Assembly (NCBI GenBank): GCA_963731625.1
Contig: CAVSWH010000001.1
Span: 200,570-264,569 of the forward strand
Direction: 5' to 3'
Origin: an uncultured Actinomycetes bacterium
GTDB lineage: Bacteria; Actinomycetota; Acidimicrobiia; IMCC26256; PALSA-555
Length of the DNA: 64,000 nt
In this document: piece by piece, positions 54,790-62,807 of the stretch
Position numbering within the stretch: the stretch's first letter is position 1
Layout of the letters: every line of letters begins with the position of its first letter
The notes under the pieces: model-generated
What the model was told of the DNA's origin: nothing
Databases searched by the model: none
The model's input: the letters and a program-made list of their open reading frames with translations, nothing else
Made by a program: the position numbers and the translations under genes

Positions 54790-55041
54790 ATGCAGACATC
54801 TCGCGACCGTGGCAAAGAGCAACCGTTCCGGGTCTATACGCCCGGGTCCCTCGGAGCTGCCATACGCCACTACCGGCGGGAGGCCGGCTTGTCCCAAGCG
54901 GAGGTGGCCGAACGGGCCGGTCTCCACCGGTCATACCTCTCCGACCTTGAGCAAGGAAAGGAGACCGAGCAGGTCCGCCGGATCCTGCGGATCCTCAAGC
55001 AGTTAGGCGTTCGCATGACGCTCGAGAAGGCGGATTGGTGA
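54790..55041 (+). CDS. hipB: HipB-like XRE-family antitoxin/repressor
   Basis: The HTH is IRHYRREAGLSQAEVAERAGLHRSYLSDLEQGK. It is 83 aa, and its stop overlaps the hipA start region (TGATG). Confidence 0.85.
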   Translation: MQTSRDRGKEQPFRVYTPGSLGAAIRHYRREAGLSQAEVAERAGLHRSYLSDLEQGKETEQVRRILRILKQLGVRMTLEKADW

Positions 55042-56267
55042 TGGCGGACGCACTTGCGGTCTGGCTGTACGGGAGCCACCTGGCGACTGTCGAGCAGGAA
55101 CGAGGCCGTGTCCGACTCACGTACACCGACGAAGCACTGCAGACGTTTCCACTCGGAACACCGCTTCTGTCGCTATCACTTCCGTTGAGAGAAGAGAGGT
55201 ACACGCAAGGAGCTGTTCTTCCATTCCTTGACGGATTGCTTCCGGAGGGAGCGCCTCGCCGCGCCGCCGCTGAGGACTTCAATGTTCCAGCTGCTGAAAC
55301 CTACGCCCTGATCCGCGAGCTCGGCCGTGAATGCGCGGGTGCCGTTGTCATCCAACCCGTCATGGAGCCACCACCCCCGCAGCCGAGGACGAGCACGGCT
55401 CGACGCCTCTCCGAGATAGAGATTGATGAACTCGTTCGCAATCTGCGCAGCGCACCCCTCGGGATCGCTCAGCGCGTGCGCATCTCCCTTGCAGGTGTGC
55501 AAGAGAAGCTCGTGCTCACCCGCATGCTCGATGGCTCGTGGGGTAGCCCGGTCGATGGCACACCGTCGACGCACATTCTCAAGCCCGAACTCGCCGAGTA
55601 CCCCAAGATCGTTGAAACCGAGGCGTTTTGCATGCGCTTTGCGACGCACCTCGGCTTGCGCGTTGCAGACGTCCAGACAACGACCATCGGTGATCGCCGC
55701 CTGCTCGTTGTTGAGCGGTACGACCGCGTCGTTCACGACGATGGCTCTGTCGATCGCGTCCATCAAGAGGACATGTGCCAAGCGCGGGGTATTCCGCCGG
55801 TAAAGAAGTACCAGGAGGACGGTGGCCCCTCATTGCGGACAATCGCCGAGGTTGTTCAAACCGCCGCCGAACCACAAGCTGTTGAGATGCTGCTTCGGAT
55901 GACGACGGCAAACGTCCTCGTCGGAAACGGCGACGCTCACGGCAAGAACTTCTCACTCCTCCACGAGAGGAGCGGCGGGCTTCGACTCACGCCTCTCTAT
56001 GACGTGGTGTCGACACTCCACTATGGCCAGGATCGCCTCGCCATGTACATCGACGACGTGCGCCGTACAAACCGAGTCACACGCGAACGATTGCTCAACG
56101 AGGCAAGGACGTGGGGGCTCTCCGCGCGACGAGCATCCGCGGTCATCGACGATCTGCTCGAACGAGCCCCCGCGGCCCTTGAATCCGCGGCAGAGGAAAC
56201 GCCCGAATTGCCAGTGGAGATCCCCGCTCTTGTGACCGCACAGCGGAAGCAGCTTTTCGGCTCGTAG
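55041..56267 (+). CDS. hipA: HipA-family serine/threonine kinase toxin
   Basis: The N-terminal coupling domain has LAVWLYGSHLATVEQ and LPFLDGLLPEG. The kinase core has SLAGVQEKLVL, and the catalytic loop is VGNGDAHGKNFSLL. Possible starts are ATG 55041, GTG 55038 or TTG 55035. Confidence 0.88.
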   Translation: MADALAVWLYGSHLATVEQERGRVRLTYTDEALQTFPLGTPLLSLSLPLREERYTQGAVLPFLDGLLPEGAPRRAAAEDFNVPAAETYALIRELGRECAGAVVIQPVMEPPPPQPRTSTARRLSEIEIDELVRNLRSAPLGIAQRVRISLAGVQEKLVLTRMLDGSWGSPVDGTPSTHILKPELAEYPKIVETEAFCMRFATHLGLRVADVQTTTIGDRRLLVVERYDRVVHDDGSVDRVHQEDMCQARGIPPVKKYQEDGGPSLRTIAEVVQTAAEPQAVEMLLRMTTANVLVGNGDAHGKNFSLLHERSGGLRLTPLYDVVSTLHYGQDRLAMYIDDVRRTNRVTRERLLNEARTWGLSARRASAVIDDLLERAPAALESAAEETPELPVEIPALVTAQRKQLFGS

Positions 56268-56336
56268 GGCGGCCGCCGTTGTCTACGCGGCGACGGCCGC
56301 GATCACCTCCGACGGACGCGCCCTGATGGTCTGGAG

Positions 56337-56580
56337 ACACGAAGGAACGGGGCCGGGGCGAAACCGCGCCTAACGCGAACACCCGGGCCCCGCGGGTTCG
56401 AGTCCCGTCGTCCGCTCCAAGTCGTTGCACACGAGGGAACGGGGCCGGGGCGAAACAGGGGGAAACCCGGACACCCGGCCTCAGCGGGGTTCGAGTCTCG
56501 TCGTCCGCTCCAAGTCGTTGCACACCCGGAGGGACAGGCGGGGCGAAACGGCGCGAGCGGCGGACACAGCGGGACGGGCA
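56337..56580 (+). repeat. 2.5 tandem ~92-93-bp units. Units 1 and 2 end in a tRNA T-arm/acceptor/CCA module and are a candidate structured ncRNA array or att scars.
   Basis: Unit starts (ACAC) are at 56337, 56429 and 56522. The tRNA-like 3' blocks are at 56392-56419 and about 56484-56512, with encoded CCA at 56417-56419 and 56510-56512. A 9-bp helix lies at 56349-56357/56382-56391 and at 56441-56449/56474-56482. The inner hairpins are at 56365-56377 and 56459-56468. Confidence 0.85.
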
Positions 56581-56765
56581 ACGGCGAATCAGATACTCGC
56601 CGACCTCGTCGCCAACGGCATCGTGCTCAGGGTCATCTTGGACGCAGTTCAACGCGGACGAGAGCGGCGCCAGTCAACGAACAGCGAACAGCAGGGCGCA
56701 GCCTGAACCGGCGAAGGCGGACATCCGGCTGGCCCGGGCTCGCGTGCTCTCAATGCCGAGTTCGC

Positions 56766-57323
56766 TTAGGCCTTTCGCAGCTCTCGGACTTCGAGGCTCG
56801 CGACGATCTCAACGATGCCATAGACGATCATCCCCACCCCGATGATCACACAGATGATCGACAGCGAAAGAGACGGGTAGACGAGGCAAAGGATGCCGAT
56901 GGTCGTCGCGATCAGGCCGAGGAGCACAATGCCCCAACTCACCTTGCCGTCGTTCGCGCTGAAGCCGTGAAACAACTGCGTCACGCCACCGATCGTCCAG
57001 AAGATGCCGATGATGAATCCGAGGACTGCGACGGTCGTGGTCGTGTGGTGGAGCAGAAGCAGTGCGATGAGGATGGCGAGTAATCCCGCGAGGATGAGCC
57101 CGGTGCGCTCACCCGTTGCGCCGATCGCCTGGATAAGCCGAACGACGCCGAGGATGAAGAGCCAGATGCCGAAGATCACTGCGATCGCGTGCACAGAGTT
57201 GCTCGGCTTGAACGTCAATACGATTCCAAAGCCGAGCGTGACAACTCCAAACAGCGCGAACAACCACCATGCTCGCCCGACTGCTCGAATGCTTGCCGCC
57301 GGGTCGTCAGTCATCATGGACAT
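56766..57323 (-). CDS. HdeD/DUF308-family membrane protein
   Basis: It has six helices with the repeated GxxxxxxG pattern and WWLFALFGVVTLGFGIVLTFKP. Codon usage is AT-richer than in the core genes. Confidence 0.75.
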   Translation of the reverse strand: MSMMTDDPAASIRAVGRAWWLFALFGVVTLGFGIVLTFKPSNSVHAIAVIFGIWLFILGVVRLIQAIGATGERTGLILAGLLAILIALLLLHHTTTTVAVLGFIIGIFWTIGGVTQLFHGFSANDGKVSWGIVLLGLIATTIGILCLVYPSLSLSIICVIIGVGMIVYGIVEIVASLEVRELRKA

Positions 57324-57407
57324 TCCGCCCTCTCCGATGGGGTCTTGCAGGTTCAGGTCGAACCTATGACCCCACAGGGTAGTTACTTTTCACCTCCACG
57401 GGGGTGA

Positions 57408-57794
57408 GTTGACTCCGATGAGCAGCGACGTCCACGCTCCGACCGGCAACTCGCCCGGGCCGCCGCCGCGATTGGCGAGTACGAGCAAGCCGAAGAGCGG
57501 TTCATGATCGTGCTCGACATCCACACTCAGCTTCAGGCGCCGTTTCGGATCGCGCTCACTCAGCTTGACCACGCCGACCTGTACCTTGCCCGCCGCGGCG
57601 ACGACGACCTCACCCGCGCGCGCCACCTCACAACCAGCGCGGTGGCAGCGGCGGCCGAATTCGGCTTCGCGGACTCACCAAACGAACGGCAACCGTCCTC
57701 GCCGACATCTGGCCCCGGGTCTTCTGCCTGCCGCCCGCGTTGTCCGCCGCGGCGGGACGGGCGCCACTGGCACCGGGGAGCTAGGCAGCTCTGA
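57408..57794 (+). pseudogene. Orphan C-terminal TPR-like remnant of a large (LAL/adenylate-cyclase-type) regulator
   Basis: The frame is open only from 57408. It reads ...LARAAAAIGEYEQAEERFMIVLDIHTQLQAPFRIALTQLDHADLYLARRGDDDLTRARHLTTSAVAAAAEFGF. It has no N-terminal domain, no SD and no plausible start. Confidence 0.4.
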
Positions 57795-57980
57795 CCCCGG
57801 AGCGCGTTCCTCGCGTGGGCGACTGGCTTCAAATGACACGCCGACAGGGCACAGGAGCATGAGCAGCCCCATCAGGGGCCGCGTAAGCGAGTCGATGGAA
57901 GCTCGTCGGATGGGCGGCGGTCCGCATCGTCGGGCCGCCGTTTTCGTGGTGACCCCCTACTGCTGGACCTTGGTGGGTAG

Positions 57981-58622
57981 TTATGAACGGTGGAACAGCA
58001 GCCGTCTGACGTCACGGAACGGAACAACCAGATACAGCGCGAGACCGAAGTACAACGCCACCGCCACGCCAGGCAGGAAGAGCCCGATGCCGATCGCCGT
58101 CACATAGCCGATGACGACGGGTAGAAGTTGTCGTCCTTCGCGTTGGAGCTCCGCGCCTTCTCCTTGCGGCTTGTAGAGATGCTCGCGTTGCGCATACGCA
58201 TCCAGGGCGACTCCCAGGACGCGGATCACCAAGAGGGTCAGCCCGTACATCGTGACGGCAACACGTTCGGCTCCGAAATGCTGCAGGGCGTCCGCGACGA
58301 GGCGAGTCGGGAACGGCAGGAACGCCACGACGAGCAGAACGAGCAGGTTCAGCCGTAGGAAGATCGGATCTGTCCGCTCCAGCCGGTCGGTCAATGCGCT
58401 GTGGGAGAGCCATCCCGCGCCGATCGTGAGGAAGCTGACGAGGTACGCGAGGTACGCGGGCCAAGCATGAAGGACCTGCTCGAGCGGTGTACCGGGCGGA
58501 TGCACCGCGATGTCGAGGACGAGCAGCGTGGCGGCGATGGAGAACACGCCGTCGCTGAACGCTTCCAGCCGACCCTTGCCGAGAGATCGCCGCGCCCCCG
58601 GTGTGCTTTCATCGGTGGACAA
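57981..58622 (-). CDS. TMEM175/DUF1211-family potassium channel-like membrane protein
   Basis: It has the signature RLEAFSDGVFSIAATLLVLDI and six helices. The start is proposed at TTG 58622, with GGAGG 7 nt upstream. The track ORF extends to 58736. Confidence 0.75.
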   Translation of the reverse strand: MSTDESTPGARRSLGKGRLEAFSDGVFSIAATLLVLDIAVHPPGTPLEQVLHAWPAYLAYLVSFLTIGAGWLSHSALTDRLERTDPIFLRLNLLVLLVVAFLPFPTRLVADALQHFGAERVAVTMYGLTLLVIRVLGVALDAYAQREHLYKPQGEGAELQREGRQLLPVVIGYVTAIGIGLFLPGVAVALYFGLALYLVVPFRDVRRLLFHRS

Positions 58623-58968
58623 CGGAGCGCCTCCATCGCGTCGAACGATAGGAGCGATGTTGCGGGACGCGAACGAGCCCTCGACCGAAAAGTAATTGGC
58701 AAGACCACCCGTGTCCACCGAGCGTGCTCGCGCCACGCTTGCCTTTCGGGCTTGGGCACAGCCACCGCGGGGATCTCGAGATCACCGTGCTGCACGGTGC
58801 GACGTCGAGGCCATCCACCAAGCGCTCGATCGGCCTCCCGGGCTCGTTGCATTGGTCATAGACGACGCACGCAAGGAACCCAGGGTGGACCTTTTCGTCG
58901 AACGTCACCGTGATCGTGTCGACCAACGAAGCCGCCGTTCGACCGATCGGTTCACGGCACTGCGGTGA

Positions 58969-59535
58969 TTACAGCGAGTTCTTCACGGCTTTGCACGTAG
59001 ACGAGTTCTGGAGTGCCTTCTGGAGTTCCCCGTTCGGCGTCAGGCCCTTGAGCGTGGTGGCCGCCGACTTTGTCTGACTGACACCTCTCTGGATGGTGCT
59101 GCCGATCTGGGCGAACGTCGCCGCGATATCGCCGGGGTTCGTCGGAGGTGGTGACAGCGACTGTTGGATGCTGTTGATGTCGCTGCCCAGCTGAGTCGAG
59201 AGGTTCTGGACGGCGCTCTGCGCCTTTGCGCCGTCCGACGTCGAAGGCTTGCCCAGTTTCTGCAGCGAATCGTTGAACTGGCTGAGAGCGGTGCTGAGCC
59301 CGGTCGTGGCTGTCTGGCTTGCCGCCGCCACCGAACCTGAGCCTTTGAGACTCGAAATGGTGGAGTTGACTGATTGGCCGAAAGTCTGGAGTGCGGAACA
59401 CATACCGTCGGCCCACTGCTGAGCGGATGTGCCCTGCGAACTCGCGCCGACCGGAGCAGCAATCCACGTGCACAGGGCGATACCGGCGATCGCAATGCCC
59501 GAAACCAACCGTCGCGTGCCCGCTAATCCCGTCAT
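58969..59535 (-). CDS. Secreted Ser/Thr/Gln-rich hypothetical protein
   Basis: ATG 59535 gives a signal peptide (MTGLAGTRRLVSGIAIAGIALCTWIAAPVGA-SSQG). The body is low-complexity and helical-looking, and codon usage is AT-richer. Confidence 0.6.
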   Translation of the reverse strand: MTGLAGTRRLVSGIAIAGIALCTWIAAPVGASSQGTSAQQWADGMCSALQTFGQSVNSTISSLKGSGSVAAASQTATTGLSTALSQFNDSLQKLGKPSTSDGAKAQSAVQNLSTQLGSDINSIQQSLSPPPTNPGDIAATFAQIGSTIQRGVSQTKSAATTLKGLTPNGELQKALQNSSTCKAVKNSL

Positions 59536-59650
59536 GCCCTCTCGATCCTTCCGTCGCTCAATCAACCTGGCCGAACCCAGCTTGGGTTTGGGTTTGCACC
59601 GCCCACCGAAGTGCTTCAGCACTGTCAGCGGTGTGCGGGTAGAACCACCG

Positions 59651-59887
59651 CTAGCGAGTTACGACAACCTCAACCTCGCGTGGCCGGGTAATGATGTAGG
59701 CGATCACACCGATGACGGGGACGAACACGATGAACAGTGTCCACATCGCCTTCGCGAAACCGCCGTGATCTCGACGCTCGAAGTTGTCGATGAACACCCT
59801 AATGACGATGATGATCCAAATGACCAAGACCGCGAACTCGAGCAGGCTCCAGAACACCCCGAGCAGGGGAAAGTCATACGCCAACAT
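59651..59887 (-). CDS. PLDc_N-domain small membrane protein, a paralogue of 45241..45561
   Basis: It has LLEFAVLVIWIIIVIRVFIDNFERRDHGGFAKAMWTLFIVFVPVIGVIAYIITRP. The start is ATG 59887. Confidence 0.75.
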   Translation of the reverse strand: MLAYDFPLLGVFWSLLEFAVLVIWIIIVIRVFIDNFERRDHGGFAKAMWTLFIVFVPVIGVIAYIITRPREVEVVVTR

Positions 59888-59972
59888 GGAACGCTCCAAA
59901 CTGTGCCGCCCGCCCGTCAAGCTCGGCGGTCACCTCGATGAACACCCGCGGGTGACACCGCGGCCAACTCTG

Positions 59973-59990
59973 TCTCTCTCTCTCTCTTCT
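59973..59990. repeat. (TC)n dinucleotide microsatellite
   Basis: tctctctctctctcttct lies about 85-100 nt upstream of the PLDc_N gene start (59887, minus strand). Confidence 0.8.
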
Positions 59991-60167
59991 AAAACACCCG
60001 CGCGACTCCTCGCGGAGGTTCGATCCTTGCAGGAAGTCAGCCGAAGCGACGCGTTGTTCTATGGCGAAACACGCTGCTAGCTGGGGAGCGCGTCGAGCTC
60101 GCCGACATTCGCGCACCGTACCGCGAGTGCCCCCGCCGGTCGATGAAAACGGGGGGGATCTATGCAA

Positions 60168-60187
60168 GTCACCCGGTCGCGGGTGAC
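60168..60187 (-). terminator. Hairpin downstream of the LuxR-family gene
   Basis: GTCACCCG-GTCG-CGGGTGAC is a perfect 8-bp stem. It is preceded on the mRNA by the palindrome GGCGCC-GCCCG-GGCGCC (60190-60206). A C-run and then TTTT follow on the minus strand. Confidence 0.5.
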
Positions 60188-60210
60188 ACGGCGCCGCCCG
60201 GGCGCCGAAG

Positions 60211-62805
60211 TCAGAAGAGGCCCAGGCGGCGTGCTTCGGTCACCGCTTCCATGCGAGACGAAACCTCAAGCTTACGGTAGATCCGCTTGACGTGTGTCTT
60301 GAGCGTGTTGTTCGAAACGAAGAGCTCCGCCGCGATCTCCTTGTACGTGAGTCGGGACGCGAGATATCGAACGACGGTGAGCTCGCGGCTGCTGAGTGGT
60401 CCCGAGGTGCTGCCGTTCGCGACCCGGAGGGTCGGATCGCGTTCGAGGCGATCGAGCACAGCCTGCTCGTATTTCTCGATGCGTCCTGACCGTAGAAGCA
60501 GAGTGACGCGCGGTCGGAGTTCGACCAGGTCGTCGGCGACGGCCACGACGAAGCCTTCGATCTTCGCGACAGCGAGCGCCTCCGCGAGCAACGGATCTGC
60601 GGCATCAGATCCCCGGAGGTGCGCGACCCGGGCGGAAAGCAGCGCTAAGTCGAGGCGCTCGCGCACTGTTGCCGGCGTGCATCGAGCGAGGGCGTCGTCG
60701 GCGCGGTCTAGCTCACTTCGGGCGATCTCGATCCGAGCCTGAAGCAGAGGCACTCGGTTTCCCGGCTGGAGGCTCTGCGCGCATCGGTTGGCGCGGTCCA
60801 GGTCGCCTATCTCGATTGAGATGCGACCTTCCAATGCGTGACAGAGGCTGAGGAGCGGACTGGTGGAGCCAGGCCGCAGGAACGCTCGCGCTCGCTCAAC
60901 GCCAGAGAGTGCCTCGCCTACTCGGCCATCGGCGAGCCAAACTCTCGAGAGCGACAGTTGGCTCACAAGCGCGAACGCGGGACGCACGTCCTCACTCATC
61001 GAGAGCGACTGCTCGAGCACGCGTTCCGCCGTAACGAGATCGCCGCGCTCGAACGCCACTCGCCCCAGCGTGCGAACCGCATCGACCATCGCCGGATGCG
61101 CGGCCATTCCTATTGATTCGGCACCCGTGAGCGCGTCTTCCGCGAGGTGCTCGGCCTCGGTGAGCAGACCTTCGACGCACGCAACCCAGGCGAGTGCGCC
61201 AGTCATTGCGACCTGCTGCAGGCTTGGTGCGGCGAGCGGATCCAAGGTTTGTTCGCATATCTCGCGTGCGCCGTTGAGATCCCCGAGCCACAGCCGAGTG
61301 CGCGCGACGAGGGTGGGCCCGTACTGAGCGATCTCGTCGTTGGGGAGGTCCTTCGGTCCGAGATAGTCGGTCAGCGCTCGTTCGACCTCGTCAGCTTCTC
61401 CGTACTGCACTCCGACGAGAGCGCGCGCGATCACGAGTCGGGCGCGGTCGGACTCGTCGAAGTCGCCGGCGCGGTTGTTCGCGCGGATGATCCACGGCGC
61501 CGCCTGGCCGGCCGGGGCACTCGCGGCCAACGCGAGCGCAAGGTTGGCGAGGCGACCGGGTTCGCCTGTTACGGCCTCCGTTCCCACCTTGGCAGCAAGG
61601 CGATGCAGCACGCGACCGTCGCCTTGGATGAAGGCGTCGACGAGGCCGCTTCGGAGCAAGTCGAATGCTTTTGCTTCCTCACCTGCCATCAAGAGGTGCC
61701 CGAACGCATTCTCGACGTCATCCCTATCGATGAAGAAGTCGGCGGCGCGTCGATGTAGGGCCTGCTCGCGGTCCGGATCGTCCGCGTGGAGTCGGTGCCG
61801 CACCAACTCTCCGAACAGATGGTGGTACCGGTATGTATCTCGGGCCAACTCGATGAGGAAGAGGTGCCGGTCGTCGACACGGCTGAGCAATGCGCCGGCG
61901 TCGCTGCGGTCGGTTACGGCCGCGCAACTCTCCGGGCTAAGTATGTCGAGGATCGAAGTCGCGAGCAGGAAGTCGAGGATCTCAGCGGGTTGGCGGTCGA
62001 GTACCTCCGTTCCGAGGAAGTCTGTGATGGAGCGAGGCGTTTTCGCGAACTCTGTAAGGAATAGATCGGGGACCGATTCGTCACGAAGGGAAACGGCCGC
62101 CATCTGGACACCGGCGGCCCAACCCTCAGTGCGGGCCGTGAGTAGCTCGACCTCGGTCTCGTTCAGCTCGATTCCGAACTCAAGCATGACGGCGGCAACT
62201 TCGGCTCGCGTGAGTCGGAGTTCGGCCTCGCGCACCTCGAGCAGCTGCCCATGCGCGCGAAGTCGGTGCAGCGCGAGTTGGGGCTCAGTTCGGCTGCCCA
62301 TGATCACACGACAGCTGGAAGGGAGGCGCTCGATGAACGTGGTCAAACTAGGTGCCGCAGCCGAGGCGAACTGGACGTCGTCGATCACGATCACGACAGG
62401 TTCACCGAGCGCCGCGAGGTCGTTCACGATCGCGATCGCGACATCGCCGAGCTCGGGCTCCGCCTCGCAGAGCAAGTCGATCGCGTCGAGCGGGCGGTCG
62501 GGCCACCGGCGAGCAAGCGCGGCGGTAAGCGCGGACCAGAAGGTTGCCGGATCGGCATCGCGCTCGTCGCATGAAAGCCAGATCGACGCAAGCTCGGGGC
62601 GATCGTGCAGCCAGGATCCGAGCACCACGCTCTTGCCTGTCCCGGGCGCGCCGACGACGACCGTCAGCGGCACTTGCGCACCTGCGTCGAGGGCCGTATG
62701 AAGGCGATGGCGCGGAACGTGCCAACTCGGAAGCTCGGGCGGCGAAAACTTCGTCGCGGCCAAGAGGCGCGGAGTCAGAATCCCGTTCCTTTGTTCGCAG
62801 GTCAC
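60211..62805 (-). CDS. LAL-type (MalT-like) LuxR-family transcriptional regulator with N-terminal AAA ATPase
   Basis: It has Walker A GAPGTGKS, a long TPR-like middle region, and the C-terminal HTH LSSRELTVVRYLASRLTYKEIAAELFVSNNTLKTHVKRIYRKLEV. Confidence 0.9.
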   Translation of the reverse strand: MTCEQRNGILTPRLLAATKFSPPELPSWHVPRHRLHTALDAGAQVPLTVVVGAPGTGKSVVLGSWLHDRPELASIWLSCDERDADPATFWSALTAALARRWPDRPLDAIDLLCEAEPELGDVAIAIVNDLAALGEPVVIVIDDVQFASAAAPSLTTFIERLPSSCRVIMGSRTEPQLALHRLRAHGQLLEVREAELRLTRAEVAAVMLEFGIELNETEVELLTARTEGWAAGVQMAAVSLRDESVPDLFLTEFAKTPRSITDFLGTEVLDRQPAEILDFLLATSILDILSPESCAAVTDRSDAGALLSRVDDRHLFLIELARDTYRYHHLFGELVRHRLHADDPDREQALHRRAADFFIDRDDVENAFGHLLMAGEEAKAFDLLRSGLVDAFIQGDGRVLHRLAAKVGTEAVTGEPGRLANLALALAASAPAGQAAPWIIRANNRAGDFDESDRARLVIARALVGVQYGEADEVERALTDYLGPKDLPNDEIAQYGPTLVARTRLWLGDLNGAREICEQTLDPLAAPSLQQVAMTGALAWVACVEGLLTEAEHLAEDALTGAESIGMAAHPAMVDAVRTLGRVAFERGDLVTAERVLEQSLSMSEDVRPAFALVSQLSLSRVWLADGRVGEALSGVERARAFLRPGSTSPLLSLCHALEGRISIEIGDLDRANRCAQSLQPGNRVPLLQARIEIARSELDRADDALARCTPATVRERLDLALLSARVAHLRGSDAADPLLAEALAVAKIEGFVVAVADDLVELRPRVTLLLRSGRIEKYEQAVLDRLERDPTLRVANGSTSGPLSSRELTVVRYLASRLTYKEIAAELFVSNNTLKTHVKRIYRKLEVSSRMEAVTEARRLGLF

Positions 62806-62807
62806 CC

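Noticed and set aside
56337-56580. The tandem units as genuine tRNA genes, a tmRNA, a hammerhead ribozyme or a CRISPR array
   Set aside because: The units are not tRNAs, because there is no 5' acceptor strand, D-arm or anticodon arm within a unit, and the GC helix encloses the small hairpin instead of forming a cloverleaf. They are not tmRNA, because there is no tag ORF or pseudoknot-sized body and the 5' end is wrong. They are not a hammerhead: the CGAAAC and nearby CTGATGG are suggestive, but the CUGAUGA core and helix II pairing are absent. They are not CRISPR, because the repeats are about 92 nt and contiguous, with no spacers and no cas genes.
57390-57626. The minus-strand 78-aa ORF
   Set aside because: It has no SD and no motif. 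The opposite strand gives a more protein-like (TPR-type) reading, so I treat the minus ORF as a shadow.
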